A stretch of 45,949 nucleotides of DNA from Chromera velia (lineage: Eukaryota): contig JAHBMJ010000528.1 in assembly GCA_018398765.1 (NCBI GenBank), positions 1 to 45,949 of the forward strand, read 5' to 3'. Below the pieces are notes generated by a model, which made no database searches, was not told the origin of the DNA, and was given only the letters and a program-made list of their open reading frames with translations. Positions 24,787 through 36,885 of the stretch are shown one piece after another. Within the stretch, counting starts at the first letter, position 1. Each line of letters starts with the position of its first letter. Position numbers and translations under genes: made by a program.

Positions 24787-27384
24787 ACTCAGAGTGAAAC
24801 TCTTGCCATGCAGTTTCTCTTGTATCTCCATTCCGGCCACGCCCTGCTGCTTCCACTCCTCCTTTCTCCTTTCCAAAAACTGAAAGACAAAACAAGAAAG
24901 AGTACAGAGAGAAAAGAGCGAAGTGGGTGATGAAAAAGAGGAACGACGTCCCGACTGACGATTGCGCTCTCTTCAGTTGCCCCCTCGGACGTCGAGTCGA
25001 TCACGTGACACTGGACCTGCAACGAAGACACAGACAGACAGGGAGGCAATTAAGCGGAAAGGATGGCAGGGAGTCATTCAATCTGCTAATCGGCATGCAG
25101 CGATACTTTCTGGTATCGCTTGAGGGACTGGCTGGGCACAGAGGGATCCGGGGGCGGAGGGAAGGACTGGTGGCATTCGAAGGGCTAAACAGAAAAAGAC
25201 ATACAGGCAGGCAGGTGTGTCTGAGAGAGCACGCCGTTGACTTCACATGTGCATGGGCCGAAAAGAAAGTGGGTTCGTGCTTTGATCAATGAACCGCTGA
25301 TCGGAACAACACGAGCCCCCCAAAAAGATATTGAAAAACCGTTTCTTTGCACTTGCTTCCGAATGACACCCAGACACGAACAAGCCAGACACGCACGCAC
25401 GCACGCACGCACGCACGGACACACAAAAAACAAACGTACGAACATTGTGTTTCTGTTGGATGTCGTTAATGTTCTGTCCCTTTTTCCCGATGATCGGACC
25501 CACACAACTCCGAGGAACGTGGAATTCGTCCTTGATCGAGTTGTCGAACCTGCCCTCATCAAGTCAGTCAGTTTGGTGTTTGAGTAAACGTTTATCAGAA
25601 GATCACACAGCAAGACAGACAAACAAACAGGGCAGATAGTGCTTCTTTCGGGATGAGGTACGTCGCGTGGAGAGGGAAGGGAAAGAGGCAGTGTGTCCAC
25701 AAGAGAAAGGCACGAACACTTGCAGGCCCCACAGAAATTCCCCCCCCCATGACGTACAGAAAACCTGGAGCCCTTCCTTCCTCCCTCCCTCTCTGACACC
25801 TTTTTTTTTTTTTTTATTCTTCAGAAAACCTGGCGCCCTCCCTTCCTCCCTCCCTCTCTGACACACCCACCTTGCTTTTCTTTCCTCCAGTATCCTTTCT
25901 CTTCGGGCCTTCATGTCCTTGATCTTCTCCAACTCAACCAGGTGTTTGAAGTGCTGCTCAAGAAGCATCCCTCCCTTATGAATGCTCTTCTCCTCTCCCA
26001 ACAGAGTCACCTCAAGCCGCGGAACGTCCAGTCTTCCCCTTCCCCCCTGGGCGCTCGCACTCCCACTGGGCGGATCAGGCAGGGGAGACATCCACGCCTT
26101 GACCAGCCCTGCCTGCTGCTCAGTCTGAGACAAAACGATGAGGTGCTCAGGAGACTGGGCCCATCGCGTCAACTCAGGGGGCACGGGAAGACGGTCCCTC
26201 TTGACTCTGCTGACGTCAATGGGCGGTCGTCTGTTCAGGGGACGGAGGTGGTGCTTCTCCAGAATCAGACCGGAGAACTGACGGGAGTGCCCAGGTCTCT
26301 GGAAAGGTTCGTTTTGGGTCTGAAAGTCTACGTAGTAAAAGCAGTCCTTCACGTGAGCTATCGTGCCCACCTGCATGCATGTGATTCATTCAATGCAACG
26401 GAACAGCAGGAAAGGAAACATGTGTGTGTCCATACACACTCACACACTCACACATACATGCACAAAGAAAAGAGAAGGGGGGACCGCATTCCTGTTCCAC
26501 CCCTCACGGACCATCTTCTCTTCTCTTCTCTTCTCAGGCCACTAACCAGAGAGACCCAACGGACAATGCACAGAGACAGCTAGAGGGGCGCACCTCTCCT
26601 CTCCCACTTGAGGGGGACACAAATCCCTTTCGTGCGGAAGAAAAGGAAAACACGCAAAACAAGCAAAACACGTAACACACGTGCGATGACAGCAACTTTG
26701 TTTAGAAGTAGCCCCCTTGCAGCCAAAACAAGACACCCCCACCCAGAAAACAAGCAAACCGCTGGAAAGAAGGACACCTCTGTGCGAACAAAGAACAAGC
26801 CCGACCCACCTTCCAGTATTTAGGAAGCTGAGCGGTCTCAGAGAACTCGGCCTCGACTGTGTCCCCAACCTGCAAGCATGACCAGCGGTCGCACACATAC
26901 GGAGGGAAGGAGAGAGAATAGATAAAAGAAAGAGAGGATCCGAGGATCATTTCAATCCACCTGGATCATCTACCTCTCTACCTCCAGGACAGCACAAGAC
27001 AGTCTTGTCAGAGTACCGAACATAACGGAAGAGGAGAGGAGAGAAGACGACTGAAGTACCAACGATTTGGGGGGAAATGTCTGACACGTCTCAAAAGGGA
27101 AGGAACGTTTGCCAGCCCAGCTTCATGAGAGAACCCGACCAACAAACCGACCGACTGACCATCGGATGGAACGTCGCGTCCCTCTCCTCCGGTGTGGAGT
27201 AGTCGGTGTTCCTGACGCACGCAGCAGGGATCTCCTGCTCAGGCCAGACGTTACCGTCAAAGGCGACGCGCACGGCATTTCTGTCCTCCAGGATGTCAAT
27301 CACAGTGGCCTGATACCAGGGCTTTCCCTCTGAAGGGGAGCCTTGGGCGTCAGGTACGTTCACTTCAACAACTGTGGACAGCAT
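20560..27384 (-). CDS. FMR1: FMR1/FXR-family RNA-binding protein (2 Agenet/Tudor, KH0, KH1, KH2, coiled helix, RGG-rich tail), 11 exons, ~861 aa
   Basis: Phase-consistent GT-AG exons: 27384-27160, 26869-26810, 26370-25871, 25549-25444, 25016-24960, 24714-24646, 24342-24245, 23951-23852, 23577-23524, 23077-22234, 21032-20560 (2586 nt). FMRP-like segments occur in order: [110 protein letters not shown] (KH1); [43 protein letters not shown] (KH2); LTLVG..AMELL; then RGG/RG repeats. Confidence 0.88.
21472..22212 (+). repeat. 39-bp minisatellite, 19 copies, in intron 10 of the FMR1-like gene
   Basis: Unit CATTCAAACAAAAA(G/A)AAACAGACAGCTAGGGAGA(G/C)GAG(G/A). Exact 39-nt period from 21472 to the last unit start at 22174. 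No spacers. Confidence 0.97.
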
Positions 27385-27779
27385 TCTGATCTTTCTCTCT
27401 TGGTGATTCCTTCAACAAGGTTAGGAAGGCCTCTTTCGCCTTCTTGCTGAACCCGTCAGGAGGTAGGAAAAGGCAGGAATAAAACCCGGTGCAACCCTTC
27501 AGATTAACAACGAATCAACTGCAGGGGTGCGGACACGAAAGAAGAGGGTCGGCTGCTCTCTTGGTTTTCTGCAAACTCAGTCAAGACGCAGACGCTCTCT
27601 CGCGTGTCTCAACAGTTTCACAGGCAAAGATGATGGAACGAACGATACACGGCAATCAGTGGAATCCACTCGACAGAATGTTCCAGGGGGGAAGGTCACT
27701 CAGTCATCCTCAGTCCATGTTTCACCGACGAAGTTGCAGTCTCCTAAAGCCTTGGATGAGCTTTTAATTTTTTCTGTGC

Positions 27780-28330
27780 GCAGTCACCCCGGCCGGGCCG
27801 AACTTAAAATTGCATGCCATGCATGGCCCCGGAAAGCGAAGCGGGGGGCACTTACAAAACAAAAATACCCCAGCCCACGTGCGTGCACGCTGTCTTTCGG
27901 CAAAAACCCGGTCCCGAAAGGCTGAATGTGCGCCAAATGTGCGTGCGTCAGATGCACGCTGTCTTTCGCCAAAAAAAGGCCCCGGAAAGATCCCGCCCAA
28001 ATGGTCCAGAAAAGCGTGAACCCGACTTCAACCCGTCGCCATGCATGCGTGCGTCAGATATAGGTGGCCCCGGAAAGCGCGACCGCGAAAAGGCAGAATT
28101 TGCGCCATGCGTGCGTCAGAGCATACCCCCGGGCTTTTTTCCCGGGGAAGGGGGGGTTACGCGGCTTTTCCCGCGGGNGGGGGGGGGGGGGGATCGGCGC
28201 GACGGCTGGCCGGCGTGCGTCAATTTTGCAGTTCTCATTTTTCTTGCTTTCCGGGGCCGTTCGCAAGCTTGCTTGCGTCAGATCCTTTAATTCGGAAAGG
28301 CGCGTGCGGGTGCATGCAGAATTAACATGC
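27780..28330. promoter_or_regulatory. Putative bidirectional promoter core between the divergent FMR1-like and FtsH-like genes
   Basis: CpG-rich, SSR-poor segment. GGCCCCGGAAAG at 27825, 27978 and 28066, inverted at 28247-28258. GCGTGCGTCA at 27941, 28047, 28109 and 28213. TGCATGCA at 28311. Confidence 0.55.
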
Positions 28331-28634
28331 AGCCGGCCGGGTGTCAGGGGTGAATCAGGTAGGTATACGTGGGCGAATAAAGCCGGGGCGTTCGCACGGA
28401 GGGATGACTCAGATTCGGTACTAGAATCGGTAGTCTGCTTCCGAGTCATGCAGACTATTGCAGACTGATTGCAGACTGTGTTCTATCGATCGATCAAAGT
28501 TCCGGGGCGGCAAATTTTCTTATTTCATTGGAAGAAAATGTGTCATCGGTTGTTAAACTCATCAGCGTGCAGCATCTTTTCTTGAATCTTTGCATCCAAC
28601 TCGGCTGGTGCGTGTGTGTTGTTGTCCGTTGACA

Positions 28635-30465
28635 ATGAGTCTGTTCTTTGACCGTTTTCGCCGTCTCCTCCGGTGGCGGTATCTGAAGGAGCAGGAAGAG
28701 AGGGAGCAGGATGAGGGGGGGCAGGCCCACAGACAAAGAGAAAAAGGGGAGCGGTGTCAGGGGGGGGAGAGGAAAGGAGATGAGGTAGAGGGTGACGGGG
28801 AAGATGACGGGAGAGAGGAAGGTCTGGACAGGCAGGGACTTGTGGCAAAGGCTTTGCAGGCCGTGGTGGGCATTGCCATCATCGGCGTCGTCGTTCATTA
28901 CTTCTCAAAGACATCCAGGGGCACAGCACAGCAGGTCGTGTACATTTATGAGATGGCCCCACTCAATCAAAGTTTTCCTTTTGTCTTTCTTTCCTTCTAG
29001 AGACGGTCTGGTGCCCACTTTCCGTCTCCACCACAATGCCCTACTACCGTGGCTCCTTTCATTCGTCCCCGCCCGTCCCAATAGCTTATTTGCGCTTCCA
29101 TAGTCAGACTGACAGATGGATGGATGGATGGTCAGAAGAACTAATTCCATCAAGCAGCTCGGACTCCATTACATCATCCCTCGCCCCTCTTCTAGAAACT
29201 GGAATTCCCTGGCCACGCACCTCCAGAACACGCGTGTCCTTCCGCCCGCTTATGCCAAGCTCAATCTCGATTTTGAGCCTGATGTCTCGAATCGTATTCC
29301 CGAAAAGTACAAATGAAAACCACTGCATGGAGGGAATGCCTGTCCATCTCTCTCTGTGTGTAGGTTCGAAGTGCCACGTTCTCTTTCTTCAAACGACTGG
29401 CCGACATGGGGAAGGTCAGCGAGGTCACCGTGATGGGAGACGCCGTGTTCTTCCGAGACCAGCAGAGGAACAGATACGTGACGGGACTCTTCCCTGGAAG
29501 CGAAAACTGGTCAGGCAGTCAGTCAGTCGTCAGTCCGTTGGTGAATTGTCTGCTTATTGGGCTCTTGCTGCTTCCCCCTTCAGGTGTTTTTTTTCCGCCC
29601 ATGTGGTTGTTGTGCTCGCATGCGGTTTCTTCTTTCCTCTTTCCCTCGTGTTTTCATGCGGCCATTTACTTTCGAAAAACAAAAAACGGCCAAAATGATA
29701 CAATAAAGAGAATTGTCTATTCACACTTCCGCGCCTTTTTCTGTCTGTCTGTCTGTATTTCTGTTTTTCTTTCGAGCAGGTTGTGGCAAACCTTCCGGGA
29801 CAGGGAGGGCGTCACATCGACTCCCCGTCTCTCTCTGTCTCCTCAACAAGGGGGGAGTGGGGGAAGCCAGCCTTCCCTCCTGGAGGCTCTGGCTACTTCT
29901 GCTGCCTTGGGAGGCCTGGTAGGTCGGTCAGTTGGCAAGCAAGAGATGCATGTGTCAGAGTGACTTTCTGTTGGTAAGCTGACTTTTACTTTGTGCGTCT
30001 TCAGTTTGTTTTCTCTTCGGGAGGAAGTTGCAGTGAAGGCAATTCGTGCATGCGTACATGAACATCAGAGTCTTCTTTCTTCAATGTGCTTGCAGACCGG
30101 GCTTGTGTACCACTGGTACGAGAGGGGCTATTTGGGTTTTCTTCCGGGTATGAAGAGGGGAAGGGGGGAGGCCGAGCTATCTTCCAAAAGCAGGGTGAGG
30201 TTCGCGGACGTAGCGGGACACGCACAGCTGAAGGCCGAGCTAAGACAGGCAGTGGCTTTCCTGAAGCACCCAGCAAGGTTCGAGGCCTTGGGGGCGCGTG
30301 TGCCGAGGGGGATCTTGATGGAGGGCCCCAGCGGGACGGGGAAGACGCTGCTGGCACGGGCAACGGCGGGGGAGGCGGGGGTGCCTTTCTTCTATGCGAC
30401 TGCTGCTTCTTTTGTGGAGGTGTATGTGGGACAGGGGGCAGCGAGGGTGAGTGCATGTGTGTAGG

Positions 30466-30514
<49 letters not shown>

Positions 30515-31509
30515 ATGTTTGGAGGTTTCTATGTTGGACAGGGGCCAGGTCGTGAGGGCAAGCAAGTGAATTAATTACCTGTGGCTTGTTGCGGCGGGAG
30601 GGGTGGCAGAGGGCAGACAGGGGTTCGAGCCAGAAAAATTCGTGTATCGGCAGTGAAACAAAAGATGTTACTGATGTTGTGGTGCGGTCTGCCCCTTATG
30701 CAGCTGTTTTCTCCATTGGTCATTTCTGTCGATTCTTCTGCCTGCCTAAATTGATGCTTGCAGGTGCGTGAGTTCTTTGCCAACGCTCGTTCGAGGGCCC
30801 CATGCATCGTCTTCCTGGACGAACTGGACGCGTTGGGGGTGGAGAGAAGAACTCTTGGGCACTCTTCGCAGGAATATGTGCAGACACTCAACCAGGTGCA
30901 TGGGGGGTCTCTAATCATCACAATCAATCATACGCCATCGCCGTCTGCCTGTTTCTAGGCGTCTAGCGTTTGGCGGCAACGCACGCGGCAGTTTGTTTCC
31001 TTTTGGGATCGATACGATTGTATTATGTATCACTCTGGCTGCCCTGTCTTCACATATGTTTCTTGATTTTCGTGCTTAATTGTGTATTTTCCTCGATGTA
31101 TCGTCTTTGAATTTCGCTTCCTTTCTAGTTTCTTCGTGTGCAGTTTTTCCTCTTCGTTGCTTTCTTTCGGGAGAACGTTTCGCCCTTCCGCCTCTCTGAT
31201 CGCTTCGTCGACGGAGCAGGAGGACAGAGGAGAGGAGAGTTTCCTTCCTTTCAACGCTTCTCTTTCTTGTCGCTTCCTGTCTTCCCCGAACCTGATCAAG
31301 TCTGCATCCTCACTAGGCCTCCACGAGAAAGACGGTCATTATTTGTCTGTTCATGCATTTGTTTGTCTGTCTTTCTGTCTGTCTATTTTCAGTTGCTGAG
31401 CGAGATGGACGGTGTCGAGAGAGATCTGAATGGCAACGGACAACATGTGATCGTGATCGCGGCAACAAACAGGTTTGTGGGTGTGGGGGGGTGGTGAGTG
31501 AGGTATGCT

Positions 31510-31540
<31 letters not shown>

Positions 31541-32242
31541 CTCTCTCTCTCTCTCTCTCTCTCTACTGGATGGGTTTTCGCTTCTGCCCTTCCTCCCACC
31601 CTTTCTATTTTTCGTTTCTGCCCCCTTATTTTCCCTTCTCAAACGGCATGCATGCAGAAAATGAGCATCAACGTAGCTCCTTCAGCGGAAATGCCGACTT
31701 GATTGATGCCTCGGATGGTTTCTTTCTCCCGTGATGGTCGTCACACTGAAAAGAGGTATGCATGCTTGCAACCTTTCAATTGAACAAGCACACAAACAAT
31801 GATCGAATGAATGAATTCGTATGACTGCCTGCCTGCCTGCATGAGCATCCATGAATGCAGAGTGGACGTTCTGGACGAGGCCCTCCTCCGTCCCGGCAGG
31901 TTTGACCGCATCGTCTCTGTTGGAGTGCCGACGCTGCAGGACAGAATGGGTTGGTTTGTTGGTTCTTTGTTGTTGGTTATGTCGAAGCTAGTTGAAGGTT
32001 GACTGATGGTTCACCTTGTATTTGAACTGCGTACTTAAGTGAATGATGGTGGGATTGGATTTTGGAACGGCGAGGGGGTCCTCGGGCAGGGGGTCAGAAA
32101 GGGATACAGACAGAAAAAAGGGGATAGAGCGAGAGGCACACAGGCAGAAGGATTTCAGCTGAAATCGTCGATCTTTACATCTGATTTCTCAACTTTGTCT
32201 TTGCCTCACCCTCTGCGTCCCAGGTCGACTTTTTCGTTTTCG

Positions 32243-32286
<44 letters not shown>

Positions 32287-34289
32287 TGTGTGTGTCCTCA
32301 TGTTTGCGTTCATGTGTGCAGATCTGTTTCACATTCACTGCAAGGGGAAACGCGTTCACCCTGAAGTCGACCTCGCAGCTCTCGCGAGGAGAACAGAGGG
32401 CTTCACGGGTTTGTCGGTTGGTTGGTTGGTTGGTTGGTTTGTGATTGCATGCCTGGTCTCTTTGTTGTCGAGCGCGGTCCTCTCGGGAGTTTTTTGTTTC
32501 ACCCCCGTCCCGGCCTGTCTTTTCTTTTCTTTTCTGGCCCCCTCGAGGTTCTAGCCGTCTGTCTGTCTGTCTGTCTGTCTGTCTGTGTGCCTGTCTGTCT
32601 GTCTGTCTGTCTGTCACCTCTCAGCTTTCGGGCCCCCTGCCAACTTTGTCTGAGTTGTTGTGATGTCCTTTTGTCTTTGTTGCTTTCTTTCTTTCTTTCT
32701 TTTTTTTTTCCTTTCTTTCTTTTGTCTGTTCTGTTCATGAACAAGAGGAGGGAAAGAAGCCATATAGTCTGTCTGGCTGTCTGTCTGTCTGTCTGTCTTT
32801 CTCTCTGTGTGCCTGTCTGTCTGTCTGTCTGTCACCTCACAGCTTTCCGGCCCCCTGCCCACTTTGTCTGAGTTGTTGTGATGTCCTTTTGTCTTTGTTG
32901 CTTTCTTTCTTTCTTTCTTTCTTCCTTTCTTTCTTTCTTTCTTTCTTTCTTTTTTTTTTCCTTTCTTTCTTTTGTCTGTTCTGTTCATGAACAAGAGGAG
33001 GGAAAGAAGCCATATAGTCTGTCTGGCTGTCTGTCTGTCTGTCTTTCTGTCTGTGTGCCTGTCTGTCTGTCTGTCTGTCACCTCTCAGCTTTCCGGCCCC
33101 CTGCCCACTTTGTCTGAGTTGTTGTGATGTCCTTTTGTCTTTGTTGCTTTCTTTCTTTCTTTCTTTCTTTTTTTTTTCCTTTCTTTCTTTTGTCTGTTCT
33201 GTTCATGAACAAGAGGAGGGAAAGAAGCCATATAGTCTGTCTGGCTGTCTGTCTGTCTGTCTTTCTGTCTGCACAAACTTAAGAGCATGCATGAGGTTGG
33301 TGGGTTGGTCTATTTTTCTGTCGCTTTCTCTCTCGGGGAAGAAGAAAAGAGAAGAAAAGAAAGGGGCAACACGTCAACAGTTTCGGTTCTCTTCTTGGTC
33401 GCGCGTGCATTCGTTTCATCACCGTTTTTGTTTCTCCTTTTGTGATTTGTTTTTGCTTCATTCTCTTGATTCATTCCTCTTGATCGGCACCGACCTCCCG
33501 TGCGTACTTGGGAGCAGGGACTGCAGGGCAACTGGAGGGAGCGCGTGCATGGATGGATTGAGGATGCATGGATAAATGGATGGATGGGAGGATATTCTAT
33601 GGTTCTTTCTGCATGCAGGTGCTGAGATCGAGGCCCTTCTGAATGACGCCGCACTTCGTGCCGCTCGTGAGGCGGCGGCAGCAGCAGAGGGTCTCCACGT
33701 AGCTGGGGAGGGAGAGGCTGTGAGTGGGGGGGTTGACTTCCCTGTGGGTCCCTCTGAGGACGCCCTGTCGAAATTCTACCCCCACTCTTTTGACCACCTC
33801 TCGTCGTGTGCCATTCGGCAGAGGCACGTGGATGCTGTGCTGCGAGAAGCGCTGCGGAGGAAACGGATCGTCAGGCAGCCGCAGGGGTTCCTTGGAAGTC
33901 CGACCACGTCGGCACAGACTCCACGGGGGGGCAGTGAGAGAGAAGGAGGGGAAGGAGGGAGACAGGCTGACGGGCACGCACGGCAACGGCGAGAATGGGG
34001 AGAAAGGGGCGGGACTGACCGAGAGAGGGAAGGAGACAGAGAGGACGACCGCACAGCTGCGGCGACGGCCTTCCTCCTCCAGTGGCTGGCTGCAGCTGGG
34101 CAGCAACAGCAACAACAGCAAGGGGGTCGTGACCAGGTGCACCAGTCTTCCCATGGTCGACCTGGATCGGGATCTCGGCGGTTTCTTTCTCCTTTCGGGG
34201 AAGGGCATCAGGGTGAGTGTGAAGAAAGAGACCGTCTGGACGAAGCCGCAGACGAAGAGCCGGAGTCGCAGACAGAGGCAGGGGTCTGA
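28635..34289 (+). CDS. ftsH: FtsH-family membrane AAA+ ATPase lacking the M41 protease domain (FtsHi-like), 9 exons, ~664 aa
   Basis: Exons 28635-28934, 29364-29509, 29780-29918, 30096-30446, 30764-30895, 31393-31472, 31861-31949, 32322-32408, 33619-34289 (1995 nt, phases consistent; the first three are less certain). Two hydrophobic segments precede [43 protein letters not shown] (Walker A), [15 protein letters not shown] (pore loop), [11 protein letters not shown] (Walker B), [34 protein letters not shown] (SRH) and [18 protein letters not shown]. No HExxH before the stop. Confidence 0.88.
32554..33270 (+). repeat. About 3 tandem copies of a ~220-250-bp SSR-containing unit in intron 8 of the FtsH-like gene
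   Basis: Recurring blocks ACTTTGTCTGAGTTGTTGTGATGTCC and GTTCATGAACAAGAGGAGGGAAAGAAGCCATATAGTC (CCATATAGT near 32760, 33010, 33227). Unit length varies with the (TTTC)n/(TGTC)n tracts. Confidence 0.9.
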
Positions 34290-34502
34290 GAGGATCACTT
34301 CCTCGATCGGAATGAGTTGGAAGCTAGGCCATGCAATCAAATTCAGGACTAGGTTCAGGAAGTATATCTAGTATTAACAGTAGACTTGGCCCTACAAAAA
34401 AGTTAAGAAATATGTTGTAAGAAATATCATAAAAATCTCATCTAAGAAATTTGGAAATCTGTACCATATTTCTAATTAACTTTTTTAGAAATTTACTGTA
34501 TG

Positions 34503-34600
34503 ATTAGGATAGGATAGGATAGGATAGGATTAATGTCTGGAGGATTGGCTTCCTGCCCCAATGCCGAGCGCTCGACGTGCGGCGTCCAGGAAAAGCGCAT
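34503..34600 (-). mobile_element. Probable retroelement 3' end with (ATCCT)n tail
   Basis: Minus strand reads CCAATCCTCCAGACATTAATCCTATCCTATCCTATCCTATCCTA. A related end, CCAAGTCTCCGGACATAAATCGCATCCTATCCTGTCCTA, lies on the + strand at ~37775-37813. Confidence 0.4.
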
Positions 34601-35959
34601 ACACGCGTCGGACCTTCCTGGCCGGCCCGCACAGGCCAAAAAGACCTGTGCCGCAAACTGTTTACGTGATAATCAATCAATTATTATCAATTGCATGCGA
34701 AAGACTGCAATCAATCAACTCTCACTGACGATGCTGCGGCCCGCCGATCAACCCGGCGGAGCTTAAACAGGCTTCAAACGGAGGCACCACAAAACAAACG
34801 GTCGATCGATTAGAGGCCAATCTTATTACTTCCCAGTCACTCAACCCTTTGGTTTCTCCCTCTTCCTTTGCTTGCTTCATTTGCTGCCATGTTGCTGAGT
34901 ACTCTGCCTGTCTTTTGTTTCTTTCTTTTTCATTTGACCAAAGGATTTGGTAGGCTTGGTCCAGCTGGATGCTTGATACATCTTATAGGCTGCATGTATT
35001 TCTCTTGCGGCATTCCTTTACGGCAGCTCGTTTTGTAACAACATCCTTCAAAAACTTGTTGACGCTTCCATCTGTCTCACTTAAAAGAAAAGAAAACAAG
35101 GTAAGCCTTTCTGTCTTCCTGTTTGTCCCCTCTCCCCATTTTGGCTTTCCTGCTGCTCTTTCCCTCCTCCCTTCATTCCATATGTCTGAAAGAGCCTGCA
35201 AGCAAACAGCCCTCTCAGCATCATGCAAAGGACACTCGGTTAACTATTGTGAAGTTCTTAACCAGGATATCCATTGTGTTCAGATCAATCATTGACAATC
35301 AAAACCATTGTGAAGAATCAGGTGAAAAAACATATGTTATTATGCTACCAAGCACTGCTATAGCTAGTTTTATAGTTATTTCAAACAAGTAATAAGTGAT
35401 TTATTAGTGCGTTTGAGCACTATCGCCATTTATTTGCTTTGGCTCTGTAGAAGCTGACAATGGCTTAAATATCTTAACCATAATAACCAAAGACTCTCAC
35501 AACTTTTTTTTATTTTTTAAAGGCTCCTCTAGAGATTATAGCGATAACTTAAAGTATAAAAGTAACAGTGATTTAATTAATTCGTGCCTTAGGCCGGTAG
35601 AACACTGTCGCCATTCTACTAGAAGTCGCCTCTGCGAATTAACGATAAAGAAAAAAAAAGAGAATTAATTTTTTTTTTTGTTATATGATAGACCTAAAAT
35701 TTTTTAAAAAAATAGCTCAATAAATTAACCTAGTAATTAATATCTGAAGTAGTTACTTGGTAGTAATATAAAGGAATTTAGAGTAATTTAAAGTCTAAAT
35801 AATTTTTAATTAACAGTATTAAAAGTAAAAGACTCTAATTTTAGAGGCAAACATTTAGCTTAATAATTTGAAGTGAAGATATTCTGACCATCTGACCATC
35901 TGACCCAAAGCATTGCATTCTTCTGAAGACGACAGCTCTCATCATACCTCACACGCGTT

Positions 35960-36337
35960 CTGGCCCCACCTATTGGTTGAGTTCTGTTGCTGACAACTTC
36001 AACCGTCTTTAAGACTCCCGTCTCCTCTCCAACCATAGCAGTAGACTTGTCCAATGGGTTGCTTGAGCGTATACGAGCTGACATGAAGTCCCTGTTTATC
36101 AAAGTTTGCGACGAGCGCCTCGGCCCTCTTGAAGGATCCGAAGGGTGTCTGAAATTAAAAAAAAGACGGAGACGGCGATTACTCAACTGTCATCTCAAAA
36201 AGATGTGAACGTCTCTCTTCAGAAAGACCTTGATTCTTTGAAGTCTTCTTTCAACCGTTTGGTAAAAAGACAAAGAAGGAACGAACACGTATGTAAGAAG
36301 GTCTTCCTCGGCTTTGACCCAAACCACAGTTACGAAA
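35960..36337 (+). pseudogene. Frameshifted coiled-coil coding remnant, possibly LINE ORF1
   Basis: Two overlapping ORFs read LERIRADMKSLFIKVCDERLGPLE / SEIKKKTETAITQLSSQKDVNVSLQKDLDSLKSSFNRLVKRQRRNEHV..FLGF. This resembles the L1-type ORF1p coiled coil ending in 'LENRSRRNN..I.G'. It lies in AT-rich TE debris. Confidence 0.3.
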
Positions 36338-36885
36338 CAGGGGTCTACAATTGCTATCATAACACCTTATGAAGGGGCGTTGTCGGCTTTGCATGTATAT
36401 AGCGCCTTGGGGGGGGGGGCGTCGGCCTTTGGCCGACAGCTATATACAACGCCCCTACAGGGGTGTAGGAGGTCGTAGAGAGGCGTCGGAAGAGCGCTTT
36501 CCATGCAGGGCGATGCACGAGCGTTCAAAAGCCCTTTTATTCAGATATGTATACTGATAAAGACCTTCTTCCACAACAGACAAGAATGAATAAATCATGT
36601 TTGATTTTAATCTATAACGACTAGATTTTGCATGATATATTAAAGGGCGTAGGCTGATCTAAATTGGTTAGATTCGGCTAGATCTGACTAGCACAATATG
36701 ATTATTGATGAGTTTAGCTCAATTTTTTGTCAATAAACGGGTGTAGCCTGTCTAAGGCAAAATGCCTTTATATACAACGCCCTTAAGGCGTAGCCCCTAG
36801 GCATGTCTCTATATACTACGCCACCCCCCCCCCCCNNNNNNNNNNNNNNNNNNNNNCCCCCCCCCCCCCCGTATCTAGACCCCTA
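36338..36885. mobile_element. Degenerate hAT-like MITE (CAGGGGTCTA...TAGACCCCTA), spans an assembly gap
   Basis: 10-bp TIR with 1 mismatch (36338-36347 vs 36876-36885). Internal TATACAACGCCC / GGGGCGTTGT repeats. Flanks AGTTACGAAA and TGTTGCGAAC match only 7/10. Confidence 0.4.

Noticed and set aside
29001..29102. Extra FtsH-like exon after the polypyrimidine-AG at 29000
   Set aside because: The phase-0 reading hits a stop, and exon 1 joins 29364 in frame without it. It cannot be excluded without cDNA.
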